DNA of 64,000 nucleotides from Eledone cirrhosa (taxonomy: Eukaryota), in assembly GCA_964016885.1 (NCBI GenBank), contig OZ024740.1, positions 355,942,001 through 356,006,000 on the forward strand, written 5' to 3'. Below, piece by piece: positions 39,621-52,578 of this stretch; positions within the stretch are counted from its first letter, which is position 1; every line of letters begins with the position of its first letter. Made by a program: the position numbers and the translations under genes. Under the pieces are notes generated by a model. The model did no database searches, had not been told where the DNA came from, and saw only the letters and a list, made by a program, of their open reading frames with translations.

Positions 39621-40130
39621 TATTTTAAAAAATTGTTTGAATCTTGCTTGCTCCGCTTATCTCGATTTTATAGTTCTGGTATGTCAAATTAATACCATAG
39701 AACAACCACTGTATCATAGACACCCTATATATTTCCAGGGGTACTTAGTAGCTGTCGGGATATTAACTTCTTTTAATATTCTCCGTTATGTAGAGAACAA
39801 ATCTGTTGTAGCGAGGTAGACAATACGTCTATGTTTACTTCTGCTTCTGCTACGGGTGGTTCACGCATAGGTCAAATTTTCGGCCCCATTCGATCCTGTG
39901 CTAGCTGGCAGATGGCAATATATTTTGCCGTTCCTGGGACTTTCTGTCCTAGGAAAGGAAAATGCTCTCTGATGATCTAAACTTTTCCATTGGAGGTCCC
40001 TAGGGATCTCCAATCTTTTGGGAAGTGAAACCGATCGGTAAAAGCAATTGGAATAGGTAAATATTTAAATTATATTTTTTTATTTATTTTAAAAAATTGT
40101 TTGAATCTTGCTTGCTCTGCTTATCTCAAT
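39621..40130 (+). mobile_element. Terminally redundant 464-bp unit with hammerhead (retrozyme/pLTR-like), in a (TA)n tract
   Basis: 46-bp direct repeat 39621-39666 / 40085-40130 (2 mismatches) brackets the ribozyme. Confidence 0.8.
39963..40046 (+). ncRNA. Type-I hammerhead ribozyme with extended stem II
   Basis: Stem I UGCUCU/AAAGCA, CUGAUGA, long stem II (ACUUUUCCA-UUGGAGGUCCC-UA-GGGAUCUCCAA..UGGGAAGU), GAAAC-CGAUCG-GUA with palindromic stem III. An extra UCUAA lies between core and stem II. Confidence 0.75.
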
Positions 40131-40149
40131 ATATATATATATACATATA

Positions 40150-40455
40150 TATAAAGAAAAAAACATGAAATCGAAAATGCAACTGGAGTCTTATTTAAAA
40201 AAAAATATATATATTTATTTGGTTCCTTTTCTGCTTTTCAAAAGTGACAAAAACCACAGACCCTCCATCTCAACTCACCTTTTGAAAAGCAGAAGAACTG
40301 CGAAACCGGTAAAGGAACCAAATAAATATATATATTTTTTTAAATATAAGACTCCAGTTGCATTTTCGATTTCATCTTTTTTTCTTTATACTTTCACTCA
40401 TGTAGGACACCTCGGTTATTTTTCATTTTGTAAAAAAAAAAAACCTCACTTTCTA

Positions 40456-40458
<3 letters not shown>
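40150..40458 (+). mobile_element. Fold-back element with the 3' half of a hammerhead
   Basis: Inverted arms 40150-40229 / 40311-40390, inner hairpin 40229-40294, GAAAC-CG-GUA at 40302-40311. Confidence 0.7.
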
Positions 40459-40522
<64 letters not shown>

Positions 40523-40589
40523 CATATATATATATACATATATACATATATATATACATATATATACATATATATATACATATATATAC

Positions 40590-40622
<33 letters not shown>

Positions 40623-40717
40623 CATATATATATACATATATATATATACATATATATATACACATATATATATACCTATGTATATATATATACATATATA
40701 TACATACATATATATAC

Positions 40718-40748
<31 letters not shown>

Positions 40749-40749
40749 C

Positions 40750-40794
<45 letters not shown>

Positions 40795-40844
40795 CATACA
40801 TATACATACATATATATATATACATATATATATATATACATATA

Positions 40845-41050
40845 TCATCATTATCATCATCATCGTTTAACGTCCATCTTCCACGCTTGCATGGGTTTGG
40901 ACGGGAGTTTTCCCACTTGAGGCAACAGTGGTTGTCTTGCTCGCATAGGACTGTCTAGCGGGTTTTCTGCGGCTGGATGCCCTTCCTAACACCAACCACG
41001 TTTACAGTGTGGACTGGGAGGTTTTTACCATGTTACCTACACAGCCTGAC
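40845..41050 (-). mobile_element. RTE 3' tail fragment
   Basis: (CAT)n-CGTTTAACGTCC...GATGCCCTTCCTAACACCAACC. Confidence 0.85.
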
Positions 41051-41213
41051 TCTTTTCATATATATATATATATACACACACACACAATGATATTGAATAA
41101 ATGGAAATTATTTTAGTGGTGCTAGACCCAGGGTTATTTACTCCAGTAAATACCACCGGAATCTAGCTACTAAATTTTATAAAGAAAAGTATAAGAGATT
41201 TTTTACAACACCA

Positions 41214-41625
41214 TGTCGAATGAGGGTTAACTCTCACTACATGAGGTAATGATAAAAACGTAAGCAGTTTCTCAAAGCGAGTATCAAATATAAATTCTCG
41301 TTTATTGTAGTCTCATGTTACAATTGTTGTAAACAAATATTCTCGTACATAATTAGGTATAGTCCAGATCCATGATAGGTGGTTAGAGAAAAGTTAACAT
41401 CCTTGCGCTTGGTGTTGTCAGCTTGAGAAGAAACCGCCAGAAAGAGAGTATACCTTCGGCGTAACCATGCCTGGCCTTACTAGGCCAGGCGGCCAAGAGG
41501 TGAAAAAGAGAAATATAGCTTTGAGCTCTCTCCTTTATAGTTCCCTGGACGGAAGTTACAAAGAAGGTTCTGGAATTTCAACGGGAAGTAACTCCAGCTA
41601 CTTCCCTTGTCTAGAGAGCGCTACA
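41214..41625 (-). mobile_element. Probable LTR remnant
   Basis: Minus strand TGTAG...CGACA, with TATAAA at ~41539, AATAAA at ~41306, and TGGTG (PBS-like) immediately after. No TSD found. Confidence 0.5.
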
Positions 41626-42799
41626 CTATATTTATAAAACCATATTTATTCTGTTATATATATTTCAAGGGTACCAAAATTTTGGTATGCTACCATCAGA
41701 TAAAATACGAAATGTGTTTTATAAATGTTGACATAACCAAGGAGAATATACCTTAACGGTTCAAGTTATTCTTGGATAGTGAAGGGGAAATAGAAGAAAA
41801 GTCAGCTATTTCAAATTATTAAGATGAGTATGCAAATGAGGTTTAGGTAAAAGGGATGAAGAAAACGTTATTTTAGATGCTATGGAAAATTTAAATAATT
41901 ATGATAAGTTATTGTAAGCGTAGGAAAGAAGAGCTAGAATTTACGTTAATTTGGGGGAAAAGATTTATTTACCTATATTATGAGTTATAATATTGTATAT
42001 ATAATCAGTTAGATTATATGAAGAATTATGGTTGTAAGTATTTTTATCTTATTACATTACGATAGATTATATGTATATAAATATCTATATATTAATACAT
42101 TGCGTATTTATTAGTTGTTTATATATCAAACGTGAGTTACGAAGGATGTTGATTTTGTATTTTACTTTAAAAATAGGTGGTTCAAGTTGTGAGAGTAGAA
42201 CAATTTGTGGATTTAAAAATTTTGTTCAACATTGAAAATGTTTTCAGAATATTGTTAATTTAGCGAAGCTATACAGATTATCAAACGTGTGTTTATGTTT
42301 GCACGATTGAGAAAGGAAAGATAACTCCAATTTGGTTTGTTAACCATTAAATTAGAGAAAATTATATATTATTTTGTGTGAGATCCATTATTTGTGTGAA
42401 TGTTTGAATAACAAAAAGAGAGAGGAAAAATGTAATGTGTTTTTCGAAAGAGTATACCTTTTCAGAATGTCATTTAAAGATTATCAATCTACATCTAAAA
42501 ATATATTTATAGGGGTGTCCTTACAAAAATAATGTCGGAATTAAAAATGTCAGAATTAAAATAATGTAGGAAACTAAAATATTAAATATATATATTAAAA
42601 ATATTATAAATATTAGAGATTAAATATATATATTAAATATATATATTAAAAATATTATAAATATTAGAGATATTAAATTTTTTTTGAAATATTAAGAATA
42701 TTAAAAAATATTTAAAAATATTAAAAATATAAAAAAATTTACATTTAAATTTAAAAAAAAAAGTAGGATCATTTTGAAGGTGTATTATAAATTAAAAAT

Positions 42800-44112
42800 A
42801 GTTCTGAACGTGGAATTTTGGCAATGTTTGCAAGAAGAGAATAATTCTGTTCTGAGATTAATAGAATTTTGACAGTTATTATATAATGTTTGCAAGAAGA
42901 GAATAATTCTGTTCTGAGATTAATAGAATTTTGACAGTTATTATATAATGTTTGCAAGAAGAGAATAATTCTGTTCTGAGATTAATAGAATTTTGACAGT
43001 TATTATATAATGTTTGCAAGAAGAGAATAATTCTGTTCTGAGATTAATAGAATTTTGACAGTTATTATATAAAAAATTTCTTCGATACACAATTTACAGA
43101 ATCTTGATAAAGCCGTATTTCGGTATGCAGGTGCTTTCGAAATCGAATAGTCTATATTGTTGTCTTTTAAATCACATATTATATGTGAAAGTGAAGTAGA
43201 TTTTTTATCAGATCTCCTAAATGTATGATTATGGTTATTCCAGCGTTCTTTAAATTTTGTTGAAGTGGCACCAACATAGTTAAATATTTTGTCGCTAGTT
43301 TTAACTGTGCTTTTGTCGCTAGTTTTAGCTATAAACTATGTTTTTGTCTAAACAATTATTTTGTAAAGGGCAGTTTGATTTGATTCTACAGTTACATTTA
43401 CTAGAGTTATTGTTGTTCAGAACGGTACTATTATTCTGAATATTGTTGTTAGAAATATTATTATTGCTATTTTGGTTAGTTTGGTTAGGGTTTAAATTTA
43501 AGTTTCTATTATTAATTCTATTTATATTTTGTGTTATGTTCATAGTAGTAGAGTAGGATAGTTTTATAGTGTGTCTGTTAAAAATAGAGTGGTATCTGTG
43601 GGCTTTATGAAAACATTTATCTAGTGCTTTAAAGAATAGCTTTGCTAAAGGTGTTTTAACGCTTAATGAGAATGGGGGAGAGTACCAAAAAATATTTCTA
43701 GTTCTAGTTTTTTTGTTTGGTTTAGTGTCTAAATTAATACTAGGATGATATGTCATGTTATTGTTATCTATGTATTCTATTTGAGTATCCTGCTCTATGT
43801 AAAGCTTCATTATAATCTTCAGCCTTATCATCAAAACTATTTTTATTAGCGGAGATGCATGAAATCCGTTGTTGGACGCTATTGAAAATAGTGTTTTTAT
43901 GCTTCTAGGATGATTAGAATTGAAACTTACATAATTTAGATTTTTGTTAATTTTATGGAAAGGATAGTAAAGACCTGTGCTAAGGTTTAAAGTTACATCT
44001 AAGAAGTTAACGATTTTGTAGTTATTCTTTATTTCTAACTTAAGATTATAGTTGTTGAAAAATTGTATTATGGATTTTCTTTTCCTATTAATTTCACTAT
44101 TGCTATGGTTTT
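42800..44112 (-). mobile_element. Penelope-like element fragment (RT thumb, Cys-rich linker, GIY-YIG endonuclease)
   Basis: VNFLDVTLNL, SNHP, RNIFWYSPPFS..VKT, IFNRHTIKLSYS, CNCR..NCPL..NCL..NIVY, YVGATST.FKERWNNH, CKLCIEE and INLRTELFSSCKH; frameshifted. Confidence 0.9.
42823..43070. repeat. 4 x 62-bp perfect tandem repeat of the Penelope ORF 3' end
   Basis: Unit AATGTTTGCAAGAAGAGAATAATTCTGTTCTGAGATTAATAGAATTTTGACAGTTATTATAT starts at 42823, 42885, 42947 and 43009. Confidence 0.95.
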
Positions 44113-45013
44113 CAGTATATAAATATATATATATTTTCATATTCATATATATTTATATATATATAAATAGATTTTCCAACAGCAAATAAATCTAGGGCAA
44201 CCCTTGTGTCTGCATTTCTACATTAATAGCAAAAGGTCTCAACATGTTGATTGTAATTTATTTGGGATGAATTCTAAATTAAACCAATGTATGATTTAGA
44301 AATTGACTTCATTTTACTGTCCCAAAATAATCTCATTAGAGCTAGTCTTACAATCATGTTGACATACTTTTATGTGGATGCAATTACAAGTTTGAGAATG
44401 TTGTGTTGAAGAGGAAGCATCAACTATCAATAAAAAAAAAATTAGGAAAGAACATTACTATTTCTTCAAGGAACTAAGTTTAAAAATTACGATTGCATCT
44501 CACATTAAGATTGTCAACTTTCTCATTATCACTCTTAACTTCAACACTCAGTTTTCCCTGACAGAAATGCCAACAAATTACTCCACTACATACATAGCCA
44601 CTCACACAATGTTTTAAACCCTGTAGCTAAATATATATTTCCTTTCACATTTTTATTTAATCTGCCATCATAGATGCCTTACAGTATTAAAATGCTGCAT
44701 TAGTTCAAAGTGCAACACCATAATATTTTAAGTTTTTAAGACCTCAAAATGGCTTAATCTGGCTCTGACAAGAAACACAAGTTTTTAAACAGGTTAAACA
44801 AAAAAGCTGGAATTCTGTTTATGTCAAATATCTACTAAAAAGACCATTCTAATACAAACCAAGTTAGCATGCCACCACCATCATCAATCACCACCTTCAT
44901 AGAGTATTCACAATATGTAACCTCAACACCAACATACTTGTAATTTTCCTTTATACATCATTTATTACTATATTGTATAGATGACCAACCCAACTACTAA
45001 CTCATACATTGTA

Positions 45014-45059
<46 letters not shown>

Positions 45060-45321
45060 CCTGAATGTATGGTTGTAATCACTAAAGAAAGCGCCCTCAA
45101 TATGTAAGCAACTTCAGGAAATCTAAGTACCTTAGAAGGTATATGCCAGCCTGCCAGGGATGCAGGGCAGCCAGTGCATAGTAGTAAGAGATGGGGAGAG
45201 TGGAAGAGACAGAGGCAGTAACAATGGGAGTTTGGTTCCTTTGTGTTTGTTTTATGGACATACATTCACACTGAGGCAGTGTAATTATTTATTTTTCAAT
45301 TTTTAATGGTTGTTTACTATT

Positions 45322-45515
45322 ATCATGCTTCCTGAGATTCGCCAACACTATACCTGATATCCCCCCCACCATATACACGCACACATGTATTTCACGACTT
45401 GTACACTGTTCATTTTCCTGACATTTGTACATTATTCTATGTACTATACATGCACCTTTGATGAGTTGTAGTGCACCTGAGCACTGTACACAATAATTTC
45501 ATTATTATTATTATA
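45322..45515 (+). mobile_element. CR1/L2-type LINE 3' end
   Basis: Ends GTAGTGCACCTGAGCACTGTACACAATAATTTC(ATT)n, a stem-loop plus short-repeat tail typical of this group. Confidence 0.5.
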
Positions 45516-46371
45516 TTATTTCAACGAAAATGAATTTTTTAAGTAAAGATTGTTAATTAGCAGTCAACTAAAATTCCTGATAATCAACCTTCTTAAATTT
45601 TTCAAGAACACAGAAATTTACCTAGTGCTGTTCATGTTAATGTTCATTACAGAAAATCCTAGAACTTTCAAATAATTCTGCTTTTTGTTTTTGTTTGATA
45701 TAAGAATTTTTCTACATCTTCTGGACATAGAAACTCAAATTATCTGTCTCTGAAACTTATTTATAGAAACATCAATTAGAGTTATACATGTTGCTCTCTA
45801 CGGTGTGTATTCTGTTCTTGTTGAACACCAGATCAAAATTGTGTACACTAAAATCCATCATGGAAAAAGTATGCAAAAAATGTTATTGTCAATGCATCAA
45901 ATGTGCAGAAATTGGCAAGCAAATAAAATGTGAAAAAAAACAAAAAAAAAACAAACAAAACAAATAAAACACATTCATGTTGGTCACAGACTAACTCTTT
46001 CTCACTCTCAGACAAATCACAACAAACACCATCTGTGGTTTTCAAAAACCTCCACTATCAAAGAAGTAATGAGAGATAGCAAGCACAGCTTTGTTGATAG
46101 TGATGATTAGAATATTTAAAAAAAAAAGAAAAGAGGAAAATTGCAAAAAGTCGAAAAAGCTAAGAAAGCCCCACAAGTTTCTACAGAGCCTGATTCCTCC
46201 AATTCTGAAAATATTTTAAGTGACAAAAATGATGGTGAAGTGAATGTGTTCTATGAATCTCTACTGATTCTGCTGTTCCTGACAATATTAGTGAAACTAA
46301 ACCAAATCAGTCAATTTTGACACAATATATACCAAAGAGTTTAGTTTCTGAGATTTCAAGAAGAATGTCAC

Positions 46372-46770
46372 AACCCTTTAGCATTTACATTACTGTAAAC
46401 GTGGTTGGTGTTAGGAAGGGCATCCAGCCGTAGAAAACCTGCCAGACAGTCCTATACGAGCGAGATGACCAATCTTGCCACAAGTGGGACAATTCCCGTC
46501 TAAACCCATGCTAGCATGGAAGATAGACGTTAAACAATGATGATGATGATGATGATGATGATGATTACTCTATTACTATTTTATTTTCATGGTAAACACT
46601 TTATCTCACATACTTATCTTCCATTATATCGAATCTATGAGATTTTAATATTATTTATTTTGAGAACAATACCTTAACATCAGTATGAGCAGCTGGTTAT
46701 GGCCTGTTTGAACAAAAAGAGATGAGAGAATTCTGGCCAGATATAGCTGGTTTAAATACTACAGGGTTAA
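46372..46770. mobile_element. TTAA-type MITE containing an RTE 3'-tail insertion (46395-46563) with 6-bp TSD ATTACT
   Basis: ATTACT at 46389-46394 and 46564-46569; the flanks rejoin to match 9772-9963. Confidence 0.75.
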
Positions 46771-47077
46771 GCTTTATCCTTGGTTTATCTATGATACAAA
46801 CAAATGCCAAACCTTACATTACTGTTGCAAAGAGTTCTTCACAGAAATGCTTTTACTTTTTAAAATTTGAAAAAAAAAAGACTGATTTACAAGGCAAGCA
46901 AAAACTAATTGGCATCAGCAGGCCATGATGAAATGGATGGACTATCAAATAAAGATAAAACAGAAAAGAATACAGGTCAACTGAATACTGTACAGGGGTA
47001 GCAAGTACTAAAAGTATCAGAAAATTATTATTGAAACTCTATTATTCACCACCCTTCAAAACAAAGCTCATTGAGGT

Positions 47078-48085
47078 ATATGCTTGTTTCAAGGACCTTG
47101 ACAAAACATATGATCTCATCCATGGGTATGTTGTGGAAAGTTCTGCAGGATTATGGGATCGATGGACAATATCTTGTTGCCTTGAAGTCTTTATAAAAAT
47201 ACCCTAGAATTTGTGTTTGGGTAAATGGTGCTTAGTCAAAACTGTGGGTGTAAGACTCCACCAAGGGTATGTATTGTCACCTCTCCTGTTCATAGCCTTT
47301 ATGAACAAGATTGACATGCAGTCGGGTTGGAAGTGGCATCAAGACTAGTGGGTGTAGGATCAGATTTGCAGATGACATGGTAGTACTTAACTTGCCAGTA
47401 GGTGATCTCCAATACTGATTAGGTTTGTTGGTGAATACTGCCTGACAAGAATGAAAATCAGTGTTGCAAAGACTGAGACACTCGTTTTCTCAAGGAAGCC
47501 TGCATAGTGCACTCTACGTATAAGCGGAGCTCCAATGAAGCTCATGTATCTCATGGCCATTTTCATGAGTAATGGAAGGCAGAAAGCTGAATTTAATGCA
47601 AGAATTGCAGGAGCTGGTGCAGTAATGCTGTAACTTCAACACTCAGCCAAACTCGTTATCTTCAAATCCACTTTTGTGCTAACTCTTAGTTATGGTCATA
47701 AATCTTGGGTAATAATCGACTGAAATAGGATTCCTCCATTGGATCTTTGGATTAAGATTACTCAATAGGGAATGTAACACAGAGATCAGGAAATTGCTCC
47801 AGGTGGAGCCACTTTTCTCATAATCAAGAGATCACGGTTCTGATATTACAGGCATATAGTTAGAATGTCTAAGGAAAGAATCACTGGACAAATTTTATGA
47901 ACAAGGCCAGCCAGCAGGAAATCCTGAGGTAGACCATGAGCAAGATGGTTAGATAATATGAACTTGGTTGGTCTTGTTTGGAGATCCAACCAAATCAATT
48001 GGAGAAGGTTGCTTAGATAGGACCCTCTGGAAGGTATGTCTGTCAGGAATAAGCGAGAGAAGAAGAAGAAGAAGAAGAAGAAGAA
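47078..48085 (+). mobile_element. RTE family 2, degenerate 3' copy
   Basis: YACFKDLDKTYD, LWKVLQDYG, LHQGYVLSPLLF, FADDMVVL and an (AGA)n tail; homologous to 17540-18494. Confidence 0.8.
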
Positions 48086-48139
48086 ATGTAGTAGACTGAA
48101 TGAAATTCCTCATATCTTGATGTGACTGTATTCCATTAT

Positions 48140-49420
48140 TGTTCAAACGCCAGTTGGGTTGAACAAGTTGCAATATACCTCAGATTCATGACTAAAGGAG
48201 AAATTAGAGAATCTCTTATTGGATTTTATGCTACACTTTCTACAATATGAGTTAATAAAAAAAATATACTGAAGAATCTGAAGCTGAAACTTGACAAAAT
48301 TGTTGGAAAATGTTTTGATAGTGCAACAAATATGAATGGTGTTTATGGAGGTTTTGTCATCTATATCTATTGTTATAGGTTCATTCTAAATCTTGCTACT
48401 CAAGATAAAATGACAGACATTGAAACATTCTGCAATGCCTTAGGAACAATTCAGAGCCTCTGTAACTTTCTGGAAGCCAGTTCCAAATGACATGCTCATT
48501 TTCAAACCCCTCAGTTGATGGAGAACAAATTGAGACACTTCAATTTGGTCTTATAGTTATGAAGAAGTAAATGCTCATATTGTAAAGGCATCGCCCCCAA
48601 AATATATACAAATAGCAGTGTATTATAGAATACCATGTGTGGTTTTTTACCTCCTAGTTGGACTAGCTGCATTGAAAGTAATAGTTTAGCACAAACAGCC
48701 TCAACAAATACCCCCAGGGAAAGACCAGCTACATAGCAACTAGAAGAACAAATACAGCAATCAACGAAATTCTTAATTATAGAGGTAACGAAGAAAACTT
48801 TGAAAGCATTTGAAAATGTGCTAATATGTTTAGTAGAATTAGCAAAGAAATCATCAAAGGCACATGATTCTCACCCAAGGAAGAAAATAATTCTATGGAA
48901 AAAAAGAGTGTAGATTAATTGCAAGTGATAAACAGTGAATCACTGTTTGTAAGTACCACTGGATCAAACTGCCAACCATCACATATCTTCATTCAATTTT
49001 AGTTTGGATAAGGTTATTGTATAAATGGAATCACAATTCAATGGTAAAGACCATTTAAAATTTTCTACATTTCACTATATTTTTCTAAATCTCGATGCAT
49101 CAGGTGACTTGGATGAACATTAGCATCTTGTTGTACTGTATTAGAGTGTTGATATGAATCTTTTAATGACGAAAGGTAATCTATACAAAATCTTCCTCAC
49201 ACAATATGCATCCATCAGATTTACAATCAACTGCAGCTGGTGTTGTTGAAACTGTTTACCAAACCACTCTTCATGATGTACAAATTGTCAACAAAATTGC
49301 TGGTATCTTGGCAACTATTCCTGCTATATTGTAAACTCAGTGGTCCCAGGTTAATGAAGATATAACTGAGGTTTAAGAAGGTTCAAATGCAACTAAACAC
49401 TGTGACAATATTAAATATGG
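48140..49420 (+). pseudogene. hAT (Tip100/ZMYM1-like) transposase relic
   Basis: EQVAIYLRF...IRESLIGFY, GKCFDSATNMNG..GG, YIYCY.F.LNLATQD, IQSLCNFLEASSK.H; many stops. Confidence 0.7.
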
Positions 49421-49479
49421 AGTGAAAGTATCCATATATATCTGTTGGCAAACATATTGACCAATAATTTGCAGAAAAC

Positions 49480-50450
49480 AATCATCAGCATCATCATCAT
49501 CATCATCTGACTTCTCAGATGAACCAGGGGCCTGCATCTTGCTTACTTACATTCCCATACTGTAACAGGTGCTCAGACAGGCTTGGGCCTGAATTTTGCT
49601 AATGTTCCCACATTCTACTGAATGTATTTTATTATGGCACAATCACTATGGAAGTGTCATGTCTTTGACATAACTGAAAGTTCCTCCCCACCCTTTGTTT
49701 GGTAAATTTTCTATGACTGGATGCCCTTCCTATCACCATCCCATTTACAGAGTGTACTGGGTGCATTTATCATGTGAATCATCAACACTATTTCTTTTAA
49801 GTTATGCGATATGCACTTTGTATTGTCGATTTATAAAAATACTTTTTATTGTAAATTAGTATTTGTGTTTTTATATGTATAAAATTTTGGCAGAATCAAC
49901 CCCTTTATCTCTCTTTAACCAAAGAGTCCCCATATCTCACCACTTGTTATTATCAATTGTCATTTTTGTAGTAGGGTTCAGCTTCAGCTTGTCTTTCCAG
50001 GACTACCTCACTTTTCTTCTAAAGACTCCTTCCACTTTGGTTGTTTGAACTCTTCTTCATTCAACTGTCTTCTTTCATACTCAGCACATGTCTGTATCAG
50101 TGCAGTCTTCTTTCTTGCACATTACATCTAATTTCTCTTATATCCAGTATTTCTTTTAGACCATTCGAGTACCATTGTTAATGCATACTAACATTATACA
50201 TTCATTAGAGCATGCTTGCCTAACTTCTTTCCAGCTTCTACATATCCTCTATATTCAATACCCATGTATTGCTTCCATGCAATATCACACTTTGTACACA
50301 AGCATTTCCCAGAGAAAGAATCGCTTTGTTCCTAGCAGAGGTAATAGTTCTCTAAACTTTTTCTACCTCACTATGGTCTTTATGCTTTCACAGCATCCAT
50401 GTCTACTACAGATTGCTTTCACATACTTCCAGGCATTTGAAAGAATTCAT
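49480..50450 (-). mobile_element. Old RTE family 1-related fragment
   Basis: Degenerate similarity to the RTE C-terminus and 3' UTR (CTGGATGCCCTTCCTATCACC). Confidence 0.6.
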
Positions 50451-50619
50451 TTCCTGGGTGCTCTTATTGCTATTCATTCCTGCTAAATACAAAATATTTT
50501 TTCTTTGCCAGCTTGTCTATGATACTGCAGCATCATTTATTCACTCACGGTTTATATCAGACATACAGTATAGAGTCCTAAGGTGGCAAAATTGTTGACC
50601 AAATAATTTACTGCTAATA

Positions 50620-51000
50620 ATGATTTCTACTTTAGGCCAAAAGGCTATTAATTTTGTGACGAGGGAAAGCCACTTAAATCAACTCTGTACTTGATTGGTA
50701 CTTCAGTTTATCAACCCCAGAAGAATGAAAGACAAAGTTGCCTTCGGAAGGATTTGAACTTAGAAAATAAAAGAGCTGTAATAAAAAATATGAAAAATTT
50801 GCTAGCAATAATTGTTTCTACTATTGGCACAAGGCCAGCAATTATCCCAGTGTATTGCTGGTACTTTATTTTATCGACCCGTAAGGATGAAAGGCAAAGT
50901 TAACCTTGGCGGGATTTGAACTCAGACCAGAAAGGGGCGTAACTCTATGCTGGAAAACATGGTGTCCGACCCTCTACTGATACTGCCAATTCACTGCCCT
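50620..51000 (-). mobile_element. Two tandem SINE copies (Meta/MESC-like)
   Basis: 50808-51000 is a full-length young copy. Confidence 0.8.
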
Positions 51001-52409
51001 TTGCTGGCAATAATGACAGAAAACTATATTTGAGTTAGATTAATTTAACCCTTTTAATACCAAACTACCTGAAACCACCCCCAGTTCTATGTTTGTTTTA
51101 AAGTGTTTATATTTAAATTAAAACCAACCATCATAATTTTATGTAAGAACTTTTGTTAAGTTATATTCCAAACACACATTTAATAATGTGAAAGTTATAT
51201 GACTAAATATCTCTGAATTCTCCCTCCTCTCTCTCTCTCTCTCTATATATATATACATGTTCAACATACTCCACCACCACATCTTTTATTTCTTTGTCTT
51301 CCTCAAAAACTTGTGGCTTGTCAAGAGGAATTAATATATCAATGTTATCCAGCTGCAATGCTATGGCTCTCAAATATGCTATGTGTTATGAAATAGCTCT
51401 AGCGGGTGCTGTGAAGTTTGTCACGTTTAGATCATTAACCTATAATATGCCTGAAGCATAGATTAATTGAAAATAAATTGCTTTATTTTAAGATGACGAT
51501 GACTATAAATTAATTTACTATACAAGTATATATATATGTATATATATATATGTGTGTGTGTGTTTGTATCTGTATCTATCTATTTATATCTCTCTCTCTC
51601 TATATATATATATATATAAAGGGAGAGGTGTATATATGTGCACACATATATACACTCTCATATGTATATATGTTTATAGATTTCTTTCTCTGTGTGTGTA
51701 TGTATATATATATATATAATCCAAACTGTAAAGCAGTTTAAGCTGTTGTATCTAGGTTTTTGTTGATCTGGAGAAGGCCTATGACAAGAATATCACAATC
51801 TGTTATCTGTTGATCCTTAAAGAAACTGGATGCAGATGAATGGCTTGGGGGAGCAGTGCAAGTTATGTACAGAGGTGTTGTCAGGAAAGAGAAAGGAGGT
51901 AATAAGTTTAGTGAAGAATTCAATGTGCAAGTACCACATATACTTGAATGTAAGCCGAGGAATATGAGACCAAAAAATCGATGGTAAAATGGGGGTGAGG
52001 GAGTCACTGTATATTTGCCATCTAAATGTGTATTGGATTTTTGCTCATTTCTCAGTCATAAAATATGGCTTATATTTAGATTGGCTTATATTCAAGTATA
52101 TATGGAAGGTGCCATTGGGGTTCTGTTCTCAGCCAACTCTAGTTTATTATAGTTTTTCAGGCCATAACATAAAAGTTTAAGACCAGCAGGCCATATACAG
52201 ATCTCTACCTTATTGCCTCTAGCCCTTGTAGTAAGCTTACAATAAACTATATACATGACATAAGTTAACTTCCTTTTCCTCTCACTTTTAAAAAGTGGTT
52301 GCCTTCCCTTTTCACTCTTACACACCTAACCACTAATAAGTATTGCCCCTTTCTTAGTATCTTTTATAGAAGAAGGACTAAACTAATATAAGAGTTCATT
52401 TCAATATGG

Positions 52410-52468
52410 CTAAACTGATGAACTGAGGCTATCTATTAAGAACCTCTTAGTGAAACATGTGTATTTGG
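52410..52468 (+). ncRNA. Type-I hammerhead ribozyme candidate
   Basis: Stem I CUAAA/UUUGG, CUGAUGA, stem II ACUGAGG..CCUCUUAGU, GAAAC-AUGU-GUA. Confidence 0.65.
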
Positions 52469-52578
52469 ATAATATATTGTTGATGTAATGAAATATTCAT
52501 ATAACACATGTTCTCTGGATTAAGTGCTCTCTCTACATAGATATTTATCATGAAATTCAACTACACTATATATATATA

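Noticed and set aside
42823-43070. Regular repeat array considered as CRISPR
   Set aside because: No unique spacers, no cas genes, eukaryotic context; the unit is Penelope coding sequence.
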